A stretch of 64,000 bases of DNA from assembly GCA_963704905.1 (NCBI GenBank), contig CAVPHZ010000001.1, forward strand, positions 323,438-387,437, given 5' to 3'. A program made the position numbers and the translations under genes. This DNA comes from Candidatus Chisholmbacteria bacterium (GTDB lineage Bacteria; Patescibacteriota; Microgenomatia; UBA1400; Chisholmbacteraceae). The notes under the pieces were generated by a model. That model searched no databases. It was not told the DNA's origin and saw only the letters and a program-made list of their open reading frames with translations. This document shows positions 1 through 10,844 of this stretch, piece by piece (the stretch's first letter is position 1; the number at the start of each line of letters is the position of its first letter).

Positions 1-379
1 TGCCTTTTTCCATATGACGAATGGCTCTGCGCCTGATGAATGGCTCTGCTACTGATTTCATTTCTATGGCGGTCTGAACTCGTGTGTCTGTGCCATTTTT
101 TTCCATTGCATCCTGGAGGGCGAGCGCATTCATGACTGTTGCCAACATCCCCATATAGTCAGCTGTTGCGCGGCTGATCCCACTTTTCTCACCAGCAAGT
201 CCACGAAAAATATTTCCTGATCCAATGGTTACAGCAACTTGTACTCCAAGTTCGTGTACTGTTTTTATTTGCTGGGAAACGTTTTTAGCTGCATCTACTT
301 CTATTCCATATTCTCGTTTTCCGAGCAATGCTTCTCCGCCAATCTTTACAAGCACTCTTTTATATTTCGGTTTTTCCAT
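1..379 (-). CDS. pyrH: Uridylate kinase (3' end runs off the window)
   Basis: Manual translation from ATG at 379: MEKPKYKRVLVKIGGEALLG...GSGNIFRG...ADYMGMLATVMNALALQD..., typical PyrH motifs. Not in the ORF track. Confidence 0.95.
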   Translation of the reverse strand, partial: MEKPKYKRVLVKIGGEALLGKREYGIEVDAAKNVSQQIKTVHELGVQVAVTIGSGNIFRGLAGEKSGISRATADYMGMLATVMNALALQDAMEKNGTDTRVQTAIEMKSVAEPFIRRRAIRHMEKG

Positions 380-398
380 ATTTTTTCCTTTTATTAAT

Positions 399-701
399 TT
401 ATATTGATTGCTGATATATTGGTGAAGATCTCGATCGTCTTCGTTCCAAATTTGCAAACAGCTTAATGAGTGTAAATGTCACCAGCCAGAACGGCATATA
501 GGCGATAAATGCGAGAAGAAAAGCTGAAGGGAGAGATTCAATTGTAGGCGTGCCTGCTTGTTCTATTGACAGAGCAATTTGTGGGTGGAGCTGTTGTTTA
601 GCTTTTTCGGTATTGAGAAGCACCCACCAGGATACTTGAGAAAATAGCGCTGAGATACAGATGACTAATATAATATCCTTGAATGAAAGATATTTGCTCA
701 T
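399..701 (-). CDS. Small hypothetical membrane protein (2 TM)
   Basis: 100-aa ORF with two hydrophobic segments; TATAAT lies 11 nt upstream of the ATG. Confidence 0.6.
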   Translation of the reverse strand: MSKYLSFKDIILVICISALFSQVSWWVLLNTEKAKQQLHPQIALSIEQAGTPTIESLPSAFLLAFIAYMPFWLVTFTLIKLFANLERRRSRSSPIYQQSI

Positions 702-729
702 GTTAGGAACTTATTATACCAGCTGTTTT

Positions 730-1179
730 TTAGTTCTTAAGGGGTATTTTCGAAAGATCTCCATGAATAAAAGTTGGTGTTAATCCTAGAACTTCTTCTT
801 TTATTGGCAATTTTTCCTCAATATCATTGAGGATATAAATCGGCTTGTTGAGATAGAATGCAATTGCCATTTCGATGAGTACATTTCCGCCAATGTAACC
901 CTTCAGACTATTTTTTTCATTATTTACCACAAGGATCGCATCTGCTTTTTCAATTTTTTTGAAATGATCGGATATAAAAGTTGTTTTTTGGGAGTAGTTG
1001 TTCGGATTTGTTAACCAAGTTTTGTGGTCCTGAACGTTATAATTCCCACTCTTTTTCATCGCTTCTACGGTGTTGGGTTTTAGCGTGTTGAAACCCATCA
1101 GTTTTAGTTGATTTTCAATATCTATCAAGTCTTCGTAGAATGAAACGCTTGAGCAGAGTGTAATTGTTTTCTTTTTCAT
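730..1179 (-). CDS. Hypothetical protein, nucleoside 2-deoxyribosyltransferase-like fold
   Basis: ITLCSS...HFKKIEKADAILVVN...GYIGGNVLIEMAIAFYLNKPIY pattern; probable start at ATG 1179. Confidence 0.6.
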   Translation of the reverse strand: MKKKTITLCSSVSFYEDLIDIENQLKLMGFNTLKPNTVEAMKKSGNYNVQDHKTWLTNPNNYSQKTTFISDHFKKIEKADAILVVNNEKNSLKGYIGGNVLIEMAIAFYLNKPIYILNDIEEKLPIKEEVLGLTPTFIHGDLSKIPLKN

Positions 1180-1342
1180 GATCAGGTTTTTTCTTATTTT
1201 CTTTATCATTTCAGAGTTTGAGTTTCAGTACCTTATTAATTCGGTTGCTCCATTCTTCCAAGGCTGTTCAGTTGATATGTTCCCGATATATGGAAGGTTT
1301 TGTAGTTCTTTTTATTGCTTATCAATTGTTTTATATTTCATA

Positions 1343-1870
1343 TCAAGTATCGGCATCTACTCTTTGACTTAGAACTTTAACTAGTTGGGCATCTTTCCAT
1401 TGACTGAAGTTGTAGAGAATCCCTGGTTTATTATTGAGAATGTGATCGAAATAGAACTTTGATGGGGGAAAGATGTTCTTCAGTGCTTTAAGTTCTTCAA
1501 TCTCGATCCACTGCGATTTTCCTTCGTGCGTTGATTGTATCTTTTGTGACTGAGGAATTGCGGCTCGGAACAGATATTCAATCCAGACTTCGTCTCTATC
1601 AATATGATGGTGAAATGCAAGCACTTTGAGTTTGATATTTTTTGGTTTAAGTTGTACGCCGGTTTCTTCCTTTACTTCTCGAATAGCTGTGGTTAATACA
1701 TCTTCGCCTTCTTCTACATGTCCTCCTGGACCAATCCAATATCCAGGAAACTTTTTCTTTGTACCACTTCGTTTATGCATTAATACTTTATTGTCATAGA
1801 CAATGTAGGTCTCACACGCAACGATGGGGTTTCCGAGTTCGTGTAGACGTCTGGTAATTCTATTTTTCAT
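1343..1870 (-). CDS. NUDIX hydrolase (MutT-like)
   Basis: Nudix box GGHVEEGEDVLTTAIREVKEETG; ATG at 1870 lies 7 nt after a TAGAAT. Confidence 0.9.
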   Translation of the reverse strand: MKNRITRRLHELGNPIVACETYIVYDNKVLMHKRSGTKKKFPGYWIGPGGHVEEGEDVLTTAIREVKEETGVQLKPKNIKLKVLAFHHHIDRDEVWIEYLFRAAIPQSQKIQSTHEGKSQWIEIEELKALKNIFPPSKFYFDHILNNKPGILYNFSQWKDAQLVKVLSQRVDADT

Positions 1871-1933
1871 TGGCACTATTCTATCAGGTATACTTTTTTT
1901 TAGTATTCTTGGTTTTGTATGATCTGCTGAGTG

Positions 1934-2758
1934 ATGAAAACTTTAGAGTTATCAAATCTAACTCGATCTATTGATTTTCGCTATCCAACAAATCGCTGGA
2001 TTGTTATTGTATCGCTTATTGTATTGATGTTGTCTTCCGGGTTTAGTCTCTTTTCCACTGCAGATTTTCCAAACTCCCTATCGTTAGGGTTTCAGCTTGG
2101 AATGGCAACCTTTCTTGCATGGGTGTTGGCGCGAGAAGTTGACCCAGACCATAAGTATTCTGCGTTCGTTGCAGTTGGTTTCGCCTTGGTTGGGCTGCTT
2201 TATTGGGGAGAGATTAATCTGTCACATGTATTTTGGTTGATTTTGGCACTGCGCATTGTTAACCGTAGTGTTGGGTTACCAATTACCCATATTGATGCAA
2301 TTTCTATGACTGGCTTCTCTATTTGGCTTGCGCATTCATCGAGTTGGATATTTGCCATTTTTGCTGCACTTGTGTTTTTCCTCGATAGCCAGCTGCCGAA
2401 ACCAAATACATATAGTCTTCAATATTCAATCGGTTCACTTTCATTCGGCGTGGTATCGATCTTTTTCTTAAAGAATTATCAATTTCTCTCACTTCCTCTG
2501 GGTATAGCAGCTCCTTTGCTTGCAATTTCATTTCTTTTTTACCTTTTCATCACCCAGTCAAAGACTGTAAAAAGTGTGGGGGATAAAACTGGCAAGCCAC
2601 TTAAACTTTCTCGTGTTCGGGCAGCACAAGCTGTGATGTTTTTGTTTACCATTGTGATGTCGTTCTCAAATTACTTTTTGGAGTCGTTTTTGTTGTGGGG
2701 AGTAATGATTGGTGTGATTGCTTACCGATGTATTTTGTTTTTTAGAAGTAAACTATAA
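1934..2758 (+). CDS. Polytopic membrane protein of unknown function
   Basis: About 8-9 hydrophobic helices; WVLAREVDPD loop. Confidence 0.7.
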   Translation: MKTLELSNLTRSIDFRYPTNRWIVIVSLIVLMLSSGFSLFSTADFPNSLSLGFQLGMATFLAWVLAREVDPDHKYSAFVAVGFALVGLLYWGEINLSHVFWLILALRIVNRSVGLPITHIDAISMTGFSIWLAHSSSWIFAIFAALVFFLDSQLPKPNTYSLQYSIGSLSFGVVSIFFLKNYQFLSLPLGIAAPLLAISFLFYLFITQSKTVKSVGDKTGKPLKLSRVRAAQAVMFLFTIVMSFSNYFLESFLLWGVMIGVIAYRCILFFRSKL

Positions 2759-2790
2759 TCGATTTTCTTTGTTTGCAATTATCAGCGTCT

Positions 2791-3660
2791 CTACCAACTT
2801 CCAGATGCACCGCCACCGCCACTGCTTCCGCCACCGAAGCCGCCAAATCCACCACTACTTTTTCCTCCACCTGTCCAAAATCCACCTCTAGATGACCAAA
2901 ATCCGGTGGGTTGGTTGGCTGTTCTCAGTTTCTTATAGTTGGAAGAAAGAATTTTATCGAGTATTAGACCAATTATTCCAAATATGAATCCTGCAGTAAG
3001 GCTGGTAAATATTCCAATGAGAAAACCTATCATACCTCCAGCCCACCAACTTTTTGAGCGGGCTAGGAACGCTGCAAGATAACTGAGGATCGTGGCAAAG
3101 AATATGATCCTGATCAAGATATTTGGTCCTGATTCGTCTGCTGGTTGGGTGGTGCTCTCACCAATTTCTTCGCCTGTAACAGATGTAATTAGTTCTGCTG
3201 TGCCTTTTTCGATTCCTGCTTCATAATCTTGGTTTTTAAATTCTGGGGCTATGGTGTTGCGAATGATACGCCCAGCTTTTGCATCATTTAGACTTGCTTC
3301 TGCTCCATATCCCACTTCGATGCGCATTTCACGTTCGTCGATCGCAGCGAGGAAGAGTACACCGTTGTCCTGATCTTTTTTCCCAATACCCCACTCATTA
3401 AACAGTTCGACAGCGTAGTTTTCTATCGTGTCTCCTTCAAGACTTCTGATCGTTACGACTGCGATTTCTGGACCAAGTTGGGCGCTAACACTTGCCAGTT
3501 TTTCTTCAAGATTCTGTTCAAAATCCTCTGATAGTACATCAGCAAAGTCGTTAACATACCCAACTGGATCGGGAAGAGCAAAGGCTGGTTTTAGTAAAAA
3601 CAACTGAGCGAGAAGTACTACGGTCGGTAAGATTAATAATTTAGTTAATCGAAGTATCAT
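2791..3660 (-). CDS. TPM-domain (YgcG-like) membrane protein with Gly-rich tail
   Basis: GYVNDFADVL, WGIGKKDQDNGVLFL, RIEVGYG motifs and a C-terminal GGFGGFGGGSSGGGGASGSW; overlaps lemA by 4 nt. Confidence 0.9.
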   Translation of the reverse strand: MILRLTKLLILPTVVLLAQLFLLKPAFALPDPVGYVNDFADVLSEDFEQNLEEKLASVSAQLGPEIAVVTIRSLEGDTIENYAVELFNEWGIGKKDQDNGVLFLAAIDEREMRIEVGYGAEASLNDAKAGRIIRNTIAPEFKNQDYEAGIEKGTAELITSVTGEEIGESTTQPADESGPNILIRIIFFATILSYLAAFLARSKSWWAGGMIGFLIGIFTSLTAGFIFGIIGLILDKILSSNYKKLRTANQPTGFWSSRGGFWTGGGKSSGGFGGFGGGSSGGGGASGSW

Positions 3661-4223
3661 TCATCAGTACTCAAGTCTACCTTTGGGGCTGTTTCTGCAG
3701 CATCAACTGACTCAAAATAGGCACGCTCGTTGAAGCCAAACATAGAGGCAATGAGGTTAGTAGGGAACCTTTTAACTTGAGTATTGAAGGTTTTTACTTG
3801 ATCGTTGTAGCGTTTACGCTCAACGCTGACCCGGTTTTCGGTTCCAGCAAGTTCATCCATCAGCCCAGTTACAGTCTCGCTTGATCTAAGTTGTGGATAA
3901 TTTTCAACGATTACCAACAAACGCCCTAACGCTGATTCTACTTGGGCGGCGGCTTCGGCTCGCTCGTCTGGTGTTTGCGCACCAGCATACCCCTGGCGAG
4001 CTTCGGCAATCTTTCCGAATACTTCCTGTTCTTGCTCAAAAATTCCTTTGGTGGCTTCGACGAGATTGGGGATAAGGTCGAAGCGTCTTTGGTATTGAGT
4101 TTCAACCTGAGCCCACTGGTTATCGACGTTTTGTGATTGGGTGACTAAGGAGTTATAGGTACCAACCAGCGAAAAGCCGATGAGTGCCGCTATGACAGCA
4201 AGGATAGCTAACGTCTTTTTCAT
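3657..4223 (-). CDS. lemA: LemA family protein
   Basis: YNSLV...QYQRRFDLIPNLV...ENYPQLRS...ENRVSVERKRYN motifs. Confidence 0.95.
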   Translation of the reverse strand: MKKTLAILAVIAALIGFSLVGTYNSLVTQSQNVDNQWAQVETQYQRRFDLIPNLVEATKGIFEQEQEVFGKIAEARQGYAGAQTPDERAEAAAQVESALGRLLVIVENYPQLRSSETVTGLMDELAGTENRVSVERKRYNDQVKTFNTQVKRFPTNLIASMFGFNERAYFESVDAAETAPKVDLSTDE

Positions 4224-4285
4224 GTTGTTATTTAATCACACTCCTGTTTTCCAGTAAAGTTCACTTCTATGGTAGAGAAGGACTT

Positions 4286-5221
4286 TCATACTTGGCTGAA
4301 TTTTTCTGTATATTCGATGATCTTTTTGGTCATTCTTGGCTCAGAGGAACGATGACCAGTAGCTGATACAAATTCGAATTTTGCTTCCGGCCAAGCTTTG
4401 TGGAGATCCCAGGCAGTGAATGGGGGACACTGCATGTCATATCGGCCGTGGAGTATGACAGCTGGAATGTTTCTCACTTTATTAATATTTTTTATTAATT
4501 GTCCTTCTTTTAAAAATCCTTTGTTTTTTGTATAGTGAAAATACACTTTAAATGATGAAATTAACTTTTGATCTACCTGAATAGTTTCTGGATCACCGAT
4601 ATCTGAGATTAGATTCATTTTGAAGTCATCCCAATAGCTTATTGCCTTAAGGGCTTTTGTTTGAATATTCTTATCTTTGCTATAGAGCCGTTTGTAGAAG
4701 GCTTTGAACAGATCTTTTCTTTCGCTTTTTGGAATTGGACTTGTATAATATTCCCAGATATCTGGATAGAAATAAGAAGGTTTGTCATTAAATGACCAAT
4801 CAATTTCAATCTTTCTAAAAGTAAAAATACCTCGGAGGAGAAGGGCGCTAGCGTGTTGCGGATATACTTGAGCATAGGCAAGCGCTAGCGTGCTTCCCCA
4901 GCTTCCTCCTGAAACATGCCATTTTCTAATATCTAAATGGTTTCGAAATTTTTCCATATCTTCAACCAAATCCTGAGTGGTGTTTTCTCTTGTTTCTCCT
5001 AAAGGTGTGCTCTTGCCGCAGCCACGTTGGTCAAATTGAATGATTCGATATGATTTTGGATTGTAATACCTGCGGTAATTCGGTTTTGATTTACTCCCTG
5101 GACCACCATGAAGGTGGATTATTGGTTTTCCTTTCGGATTTCCAGATTCTTCGAAGTAGATTTTGTGAATATCTGATACTTTTAAGAATCCTTGGTTGTG
5201 TGGCTTTGTGGCTTTAAACAT
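4286..5221 (-). CDS. pip: Proline iminopeptidase
   Basis: HGGPG, FDQRGCGKS, nucleophile GGSWG, LLLRGIF and HGRYD motifs. Confidence 0.93.
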   Translation of the reverse strand: MFKATKPHNQGFLKVSDIHKIYFEESGNPKGKPIIHLHGGPGSKSKPNYRRYYNPKSYRIIQFDQRGCGKSTPLGETRENTTQDLVEDMEKFRNHLDIRKWHVSGGSWGSTLALAYAQVYPQHASALLLRGIFTFRKIEIDWSFNDKPSYFYPDIWEYYTSPIPKSERKDLFKAFYKRLYSKDKNIQTKALKAISYWDDFKMNLISDIGDPETIQVDQKLISSFKVYFHYTKNKGFLKEGQLIKNINKVRNIPAVILHGRYDMQCPPFTAWDLHKAWPEAKFEFVSATGHRSSEPRMTKKIIEYTEKFSQV

Positions 5222-5223
5222 AT

Positions 5224-5997
5224 TTATATCCTCTCATTTTTCATTAGAAATTTACTCAGTAATGATTTTACTTTGTTGAGTTGTTCTTTACCTTTAAATA
5301 CATGTTCCGCGCCTTCGATAATATGGAGTTCTTTTTGATTTGTATCGAGTATATCGAAGAATTTCTTTTGATCTTTATACGGCGCTGCTTGGTCTTCGCT
5401 ACCCACAATCAGAAGGGTTGGAGTATTAATTCTCTTGGCAAGATTTATGAGTTCATATTTTAAAACATCTATCATGAACAGCCAGCTAATTTTTTTCTTA
5501 GCTCCTGGTTTGGATTTACTTATCTCAATTTTGTAGCCCTTCTCTTTCCAGTCCTTTAGTTCGTCTTTTTTAAATTCGTGATATGACCTGCCAGAGAGAA
5601 ATGCAGAAATTGGAGCGATTGAGCTGATTTTATCTGGGAATTTTTCAGTAAAGAGGATTGCGCAAGCACTTCCTAAGCTGTGGCCGGAAAGAGAAAATGG
5701 TTCAATGTACCAATCTTGTAATTTTGCCCAGTTGATCACATCTTCAAAATCCTCGTAGTAATCGGTTAAGGTTGCTAACTCTACGTTACCTTCGCTTTCG
5801 CCCATGGCATTGGCCGCGTCCCAGCGAACGACAGTAAAACCATTTTCCAGATAGGTTTCGGTAATTGTTTGTATCCAGGGTTGTTCTTTGTATCCACCTA
5901 GTCCATGGGCGATGAAGGTAAGTCTTTTTGTGGATTTTTCAGGGTCAATTTGAACAACGATTTTTTTGCCTTTGCGATTTTTGAAGCTGGTTTTCAT
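5224..5997 (-). CDS. Alpha/beta hydrolase
   Basis: AHGLGG, GHSLG nucleophile elbow, GSED and GAEH triad residues. Confidence 0.88.
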   Translation of the reverse strand: MKTSFKNRKGKKIVVQIDPEKSTKRLTFIAHGLGGYKEQPWIQTITETYLENGFTVVRWDAANAMGESEGNVELATLTDYYEDFEDVINWAKLQDWYIEPFSLSGHSLGSACAILFTEKFPDKISSIAPISAFLSGRSYHEFKKDELKDWKEKGYKIEISKSKPGAKKKISWLFMIDVLKYELINLAKRINTPTLLIVGSEDQAAPYKDQKKFFDILDTNQKELHIIEGAEHVFKGKEQLNKVKSLLSKFLMKNERI

Positions 5998-6020
5998 GAG
6001 CTGATTGTAGCAAACTAAGT

Positions 6021-6054
6021 AAAAAAGAACCGCTCCGGTAGGGGAGCGGTTCTT
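6021..6054 (-). terminator. Rho-independent terminator of groESL
   Basis: Perfect 12-bp stem AAGAACCGCTCC/GGAGCGGTTCTT with a 6-nt loop, followed by a U-run on the - strand just after the groEL stop. Confidence 0.85.
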
Positions 6055-6081
6055 CGTTTAAATAATATTTCTTACAATATT

Positions 6082-7728
<1,647 letters not shown>

Positions 7729-7735
7729 TTATTGT

Positions 7736-8050
7736 TTATGAAACTACTGCTAATATGTCTTCAAATTTGAGGAACTGGTATTCAATCGCGTCGAGCTTTA
7801 CCTCGTTACCGCCCCATTTTTTGTAGATGACTTTGTCACCCTTTTTACAGGGTGGATTGATCTTGGCTCCATACTCAGAGAGCCACACTGGGCCAACCGA
7901 TAAGACCTTTCCTTCTTGAGGTTTCTCATCGTGAGAATCGGGGAGATAGATTCCAGCTTTGGTTTTTTGCTCAGCCTCGTCTGGTTCAACTAATACGTAG
8001 CCTGGTGCAGGCTTCAGTTTACTCAATAAAGTTGCTTTGGATTTAGCCAT
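7736..8050 (-). CDS. groS: Co-chaperonin GroES
   Basis: LKP...KTKAGIYLP...G.VLSVG...EDILAV; directly upstream of groL. Confidence 0.97.
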   Translation of the reverse strand: MAKSKATLLSKLKPAPGYVLVEPDEAEQKTKAGIYLPDSHDEKPQEGKVLSVGPVWLSEYGAKINPPCKKGDKVIYKKWGGNEVKLDAIEYQFLKFEDILAVVS

Positions 8051-8099
8051 TTTATGATTCCTCCTTGACTATTTATATATATGATCCCAAACAAAAAAG

Positions 8100-8154
8100 T
8101 TATCAGTTATTGATAACGACTGCTATTTTACCTGTTGCGTAGTAGGGTTGTCAA
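8100..8154 (-). promoter_or_regulatory. groESL sigma70 promoter with overlapping CIRCE-like (HrcA) operator
   Basis: - strand TTGACA (8154-8149)-N18-TAAAAT (8130-8125), overlapped by ATAGCAGTC-N9-AACTGATAA (8126-8100); CIRCE consensus is TTAGCACTC-N9-GAGTGCTAA. Confidence 0.7.
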
Positions 8155-8667
8155 GAAATACTGTAAAGTACTCACAAATCTCATTTCTACTGTTTTGTAT
8201 GATAAGACTGATGTATCGGTTATTAATCACTCATTTCACGGGCAGTAAGAGAAGGGGAGTGATGACTTTAGCTTCTCCTATCCGTGTTTTTTTAAGTTCT
8301 TTTCGCTATATATACGTTTCGTTCGTATTCTCTTCGTCAAAAATATTCGTTTTTTACCTGCGATTTAAATGGTTTTTTAATAGTGGTTGCCAAAGCCTAG
8401 TTTAGCGATTTGTTAGACATTTTACGTTTACTCGTTCGCCGTTGGTTGATCAGATTTTTATTTTTATGACAATCATCTGAGCACCCACTTCTCCGCTCTT
8501 TTTTCTTTGATATATTAGATTCATTCCCTGGAATAGCCTGGATTGTTATTTTCCGCAAGGCTTTCATTTTTTCTATTCAACAGATTACCTTCATTCATGC
8601 ATCTCTCCCCGACTTTGATATGTGGGGCATTAAAGCTGATGAGGTTTCGGTTCTGGTTATGAAGGCG

Positions 8668-9282
8668 TTAATTCGTTTGCGGTTTGGTGAAGAGGACTTC
8701 ACCATTTTCTTGAGGTTTTTTTTCTTCTCTGAGGAGTTTCACCTCGGAGAGCGGTGCTCCTTCGCAGACAAGACCTTTATCGCTAAAGTGTTTATTGAGT
8801 TCTTGAGTGAGGAGGTCCTCGATTTGGGTACGTTGGTTTTTGATCTGGGTGAGTGTTAGTCCCGCAAAAACGGCTGCAATTCGCGAGCGACTGATTGGAC
8901 GGATAACCTTTGATACAAAGTCTTCTCCAACATTCTCCCAGAGTTCGGGTGCGTCAGTCTTATCAATTCGAAAGAGGATAGAGCATTCTATTTGGACGTA
9001 GTTACCATCACTAGTTGAGGTACGGATGGGTTTATCTCCTAGGGCTTCTTTGTTTGCGAGATCAAATTCTTCACGGATTGTATATTCTACGATGCGCGCA
9101 TTGAAAAGTTTGGCAATTTGCCAAAATGGTATTTTGAGATGTAATCCAGGTCCCCATACCTTTTTTAATACCCCCCTACCCCGATCATATAAACAAGCTA
9201 TGTGGCCAGGTGGTACGGAGATGAAAAAACCACCTACAACTTCGTCAACTAAAAATGAAACAACTAATCGATCAAATTCCAT
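8668..9282 (-). CDS. SPFH/Band 7 (prohibitin-like) domain protein
   Basis: SVPPGH...GPGLHLKIPFWQ...TSDGNYVQIE...KVIRPISRS pattern. Confidence 0.85.
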   Translation of the reverse strand: MEFDRLVVSFLVDEVVGGFFISVPPGHIACLYDRGRGVLKKVWGPGLHLKIPFWQIAKLFNARIVEYTIREEFDLANKEALGDKPIRTSTSDGNYVQIECSILFRIDKTDAPELWENVGEDFVSKVIRPISRSRIAAVFAGLTLTQIKNQRTQIEDLLTQELNKHFSDKGLVCEGAPLSEVKLLREEKKPQENGEVLFTKPQTN

Positions 9283-9308
9283 AGGATTGAATTATAAACA
9301 TCATTATT

Positions 9309-9797
9309 TTACTCGTTTTCTTTACTTTTTGCATTGAGCACAATAGAGGATGAAATGTGCGGGTTGTATTTATGAATCACTTTCAGCTTACCTCCAAACA
9401 ATTTCATGATCCGCTGCTTCTCTTTTAAATATGGTGTATGCTCGCTGACGGCGTAAATATCTGGTGCTATTTTGCTAATCAAACGCTCTCTCCCCTCTGG
9501 AGTTGAGAGATTATTGGGTAGTACAAACACATAATTTATGGATGAGAGTGATGCAAGCACTTCCAACCGATCGGCTTGTTTGTTAATTGGTCTGTTTGAG
9601 CCTTTGAGCTTTTTTACTCGCACGTCCGGTTCAATTCCAACTATAAGTATGTCCCCTTCTACTTTTGCTTTTTTTAGAAATCTCACATGCTCAACATGGA
9701 GAATATCAAAGACTCCAGTTGCAAGTACAGTTGTTGGTCTTCTTTGATCAGCCTCTTTGATTTTTACTAGCTTGCTTATTTCTATTATTTTATTCAT
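9309..9797 (-). CDS. Cytidylyltransferase-family protein (RfaE domain II/TagD-like)
   Basis: GVFDILHVEH (HxGH-like), KGSNRPIN and ISSS motifs. Confidence 0.85.
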   Translation of the reverse strand: MNKIIEISKLVKIKEADQRRPTTVLATGVFDILHVEHVRFLKKAKVEGDILIVGIEPDVRVKKLKGSNRPINKQADRLEVLASLSSINYVFVLPNNLSTPEGRERLISKIAPDIYAVSEHTPYLKEKQRIMKLFGGKLKVIHKYNPHISSSIVLNAKSKENE

Positions 9798-9832
9798 TGG
9801 GGGTTATCGTCTCATTACGTGTTCAAAAATGC

Positions 9833-10759
9833 TTATTCGGTTATTCCATATCGAGATAATTTTGTATTATAACGCTTAAGAATGTGTTTTCCTGTGTCTC
9901 TGGGATGGAAGAAGGCAGAATGCTTAGTCACTCTTTCAGATGTGATTCGATTTCTCATATACCAGGTTTGCAGATTGAAAGAAGCAGCATTTAATTGATT
10001 AAGAATCAAGGTTCCAGGTATAATTTGTGTTTTGTTCGGGTATTTATTACTGGTGTTCTGGTATTGATTGATTCTTGCGTTTGGAAGGTATTTGTCACAC
10101 CATTTGTTTTCCTGTAAAAATACCATATCTGTATGTCCTCTCCTCCAGAGCGTTTTTGTTTGGATGACTTCGTGAGCGGTATAAAGATTTTGCTTGGCTT
10201 TGGGAACTTGAAGAGACGCCTCATCAAGAAACAGGTTAAGACAGAGGGAATTTTTCAGCTTTAAGGATTGATTGGTGTTTAGGTTACCAACATCTGGTGT
10301 TCGTCGTTTGGTTATTGTTGAAAGCAGCGGAATAACCAGCAATCGAGTGAGCCAGAGTCGATTTTCCGAGGTCACAATCATGAGATCAATGTCATCATCG
10401 TCTGATGCATTCTCCATTGCTACTGCTCCAGTGAGGGCGATCATTTGAATGCTGGGTATTAACTTGAGTATGCTGGCAATTTTTCTGGCTATCATGTTTT
10501 TATTCTGGGCTATGGCTTTTCTTTTTTTACGTAAGTTAACGATATCTTTTCGTTTATTTAAGTAAATGTAGCCATCTTGCTCCCCAATAGACTTTTTTTC
10601 TAAGAGCTTACCGATTTCCCGTTTGACACGCATCAGGTTTGTGGTTGAGTGATAAATGAGATAACGATGAAGTTCTTTGCGTGTCAGCGGGTAGTCAAAT
10701 ACATCTGCATAACAGAGAGTTCTGATGATTGCTTCCCCCACGCGATCCTTTTTTAGCAT
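9833..10759 (-). CDS. Predicted nucleotidyltransferase-domain protein
   Basis: N-terminal YADVFDYPLT; Pol-beta-like ALTGAVAM...DDDIDL signature; CLN and NLYTAHE motifs. Confidence 0.7.
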   Translation of the reverse strand: MLKKDRVGEAIIRTLCYADVFDYPLTRKELHRYLIYHSTTNLMRVKREIGKLLEKKSIGEQDGYIYLNKRKDIVNLRKKRKAIAQNKNMIARKIASILKLIPSIQMIALTGAVAMENASDDDDIDLMIVTSENRLWLTRLLVIPLLSTITKRRTPDVGNLNTNQSLKLKNSLCLNLFLDEASLQVPKAKQNLYTAHEVIQTKTLWRRGHTDMVFLQENKWCDKYLPNARINQYQNTSNKYPNKTQIIPGTLILNQLNAASFNLQTWYMRNRITSERVTKHSAFFHPRDTGKHILKRYNTKLSRYGITE

Positions 10760-10844
10760 GGAGTTATCATAGCATCAGGAGTTTTTTACTGAATTTACTA
10801 GGTATGAAGAGTGTTTTAATACTAGAAAAGTGAAATGAGGGGAA

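Noticed and set aside
1209-1342. Possible helix-hairpin-helix gene remnant (KELQNLPYIGNI) on the - strand
   Set aside because: Interrupted by stops and too short to support.
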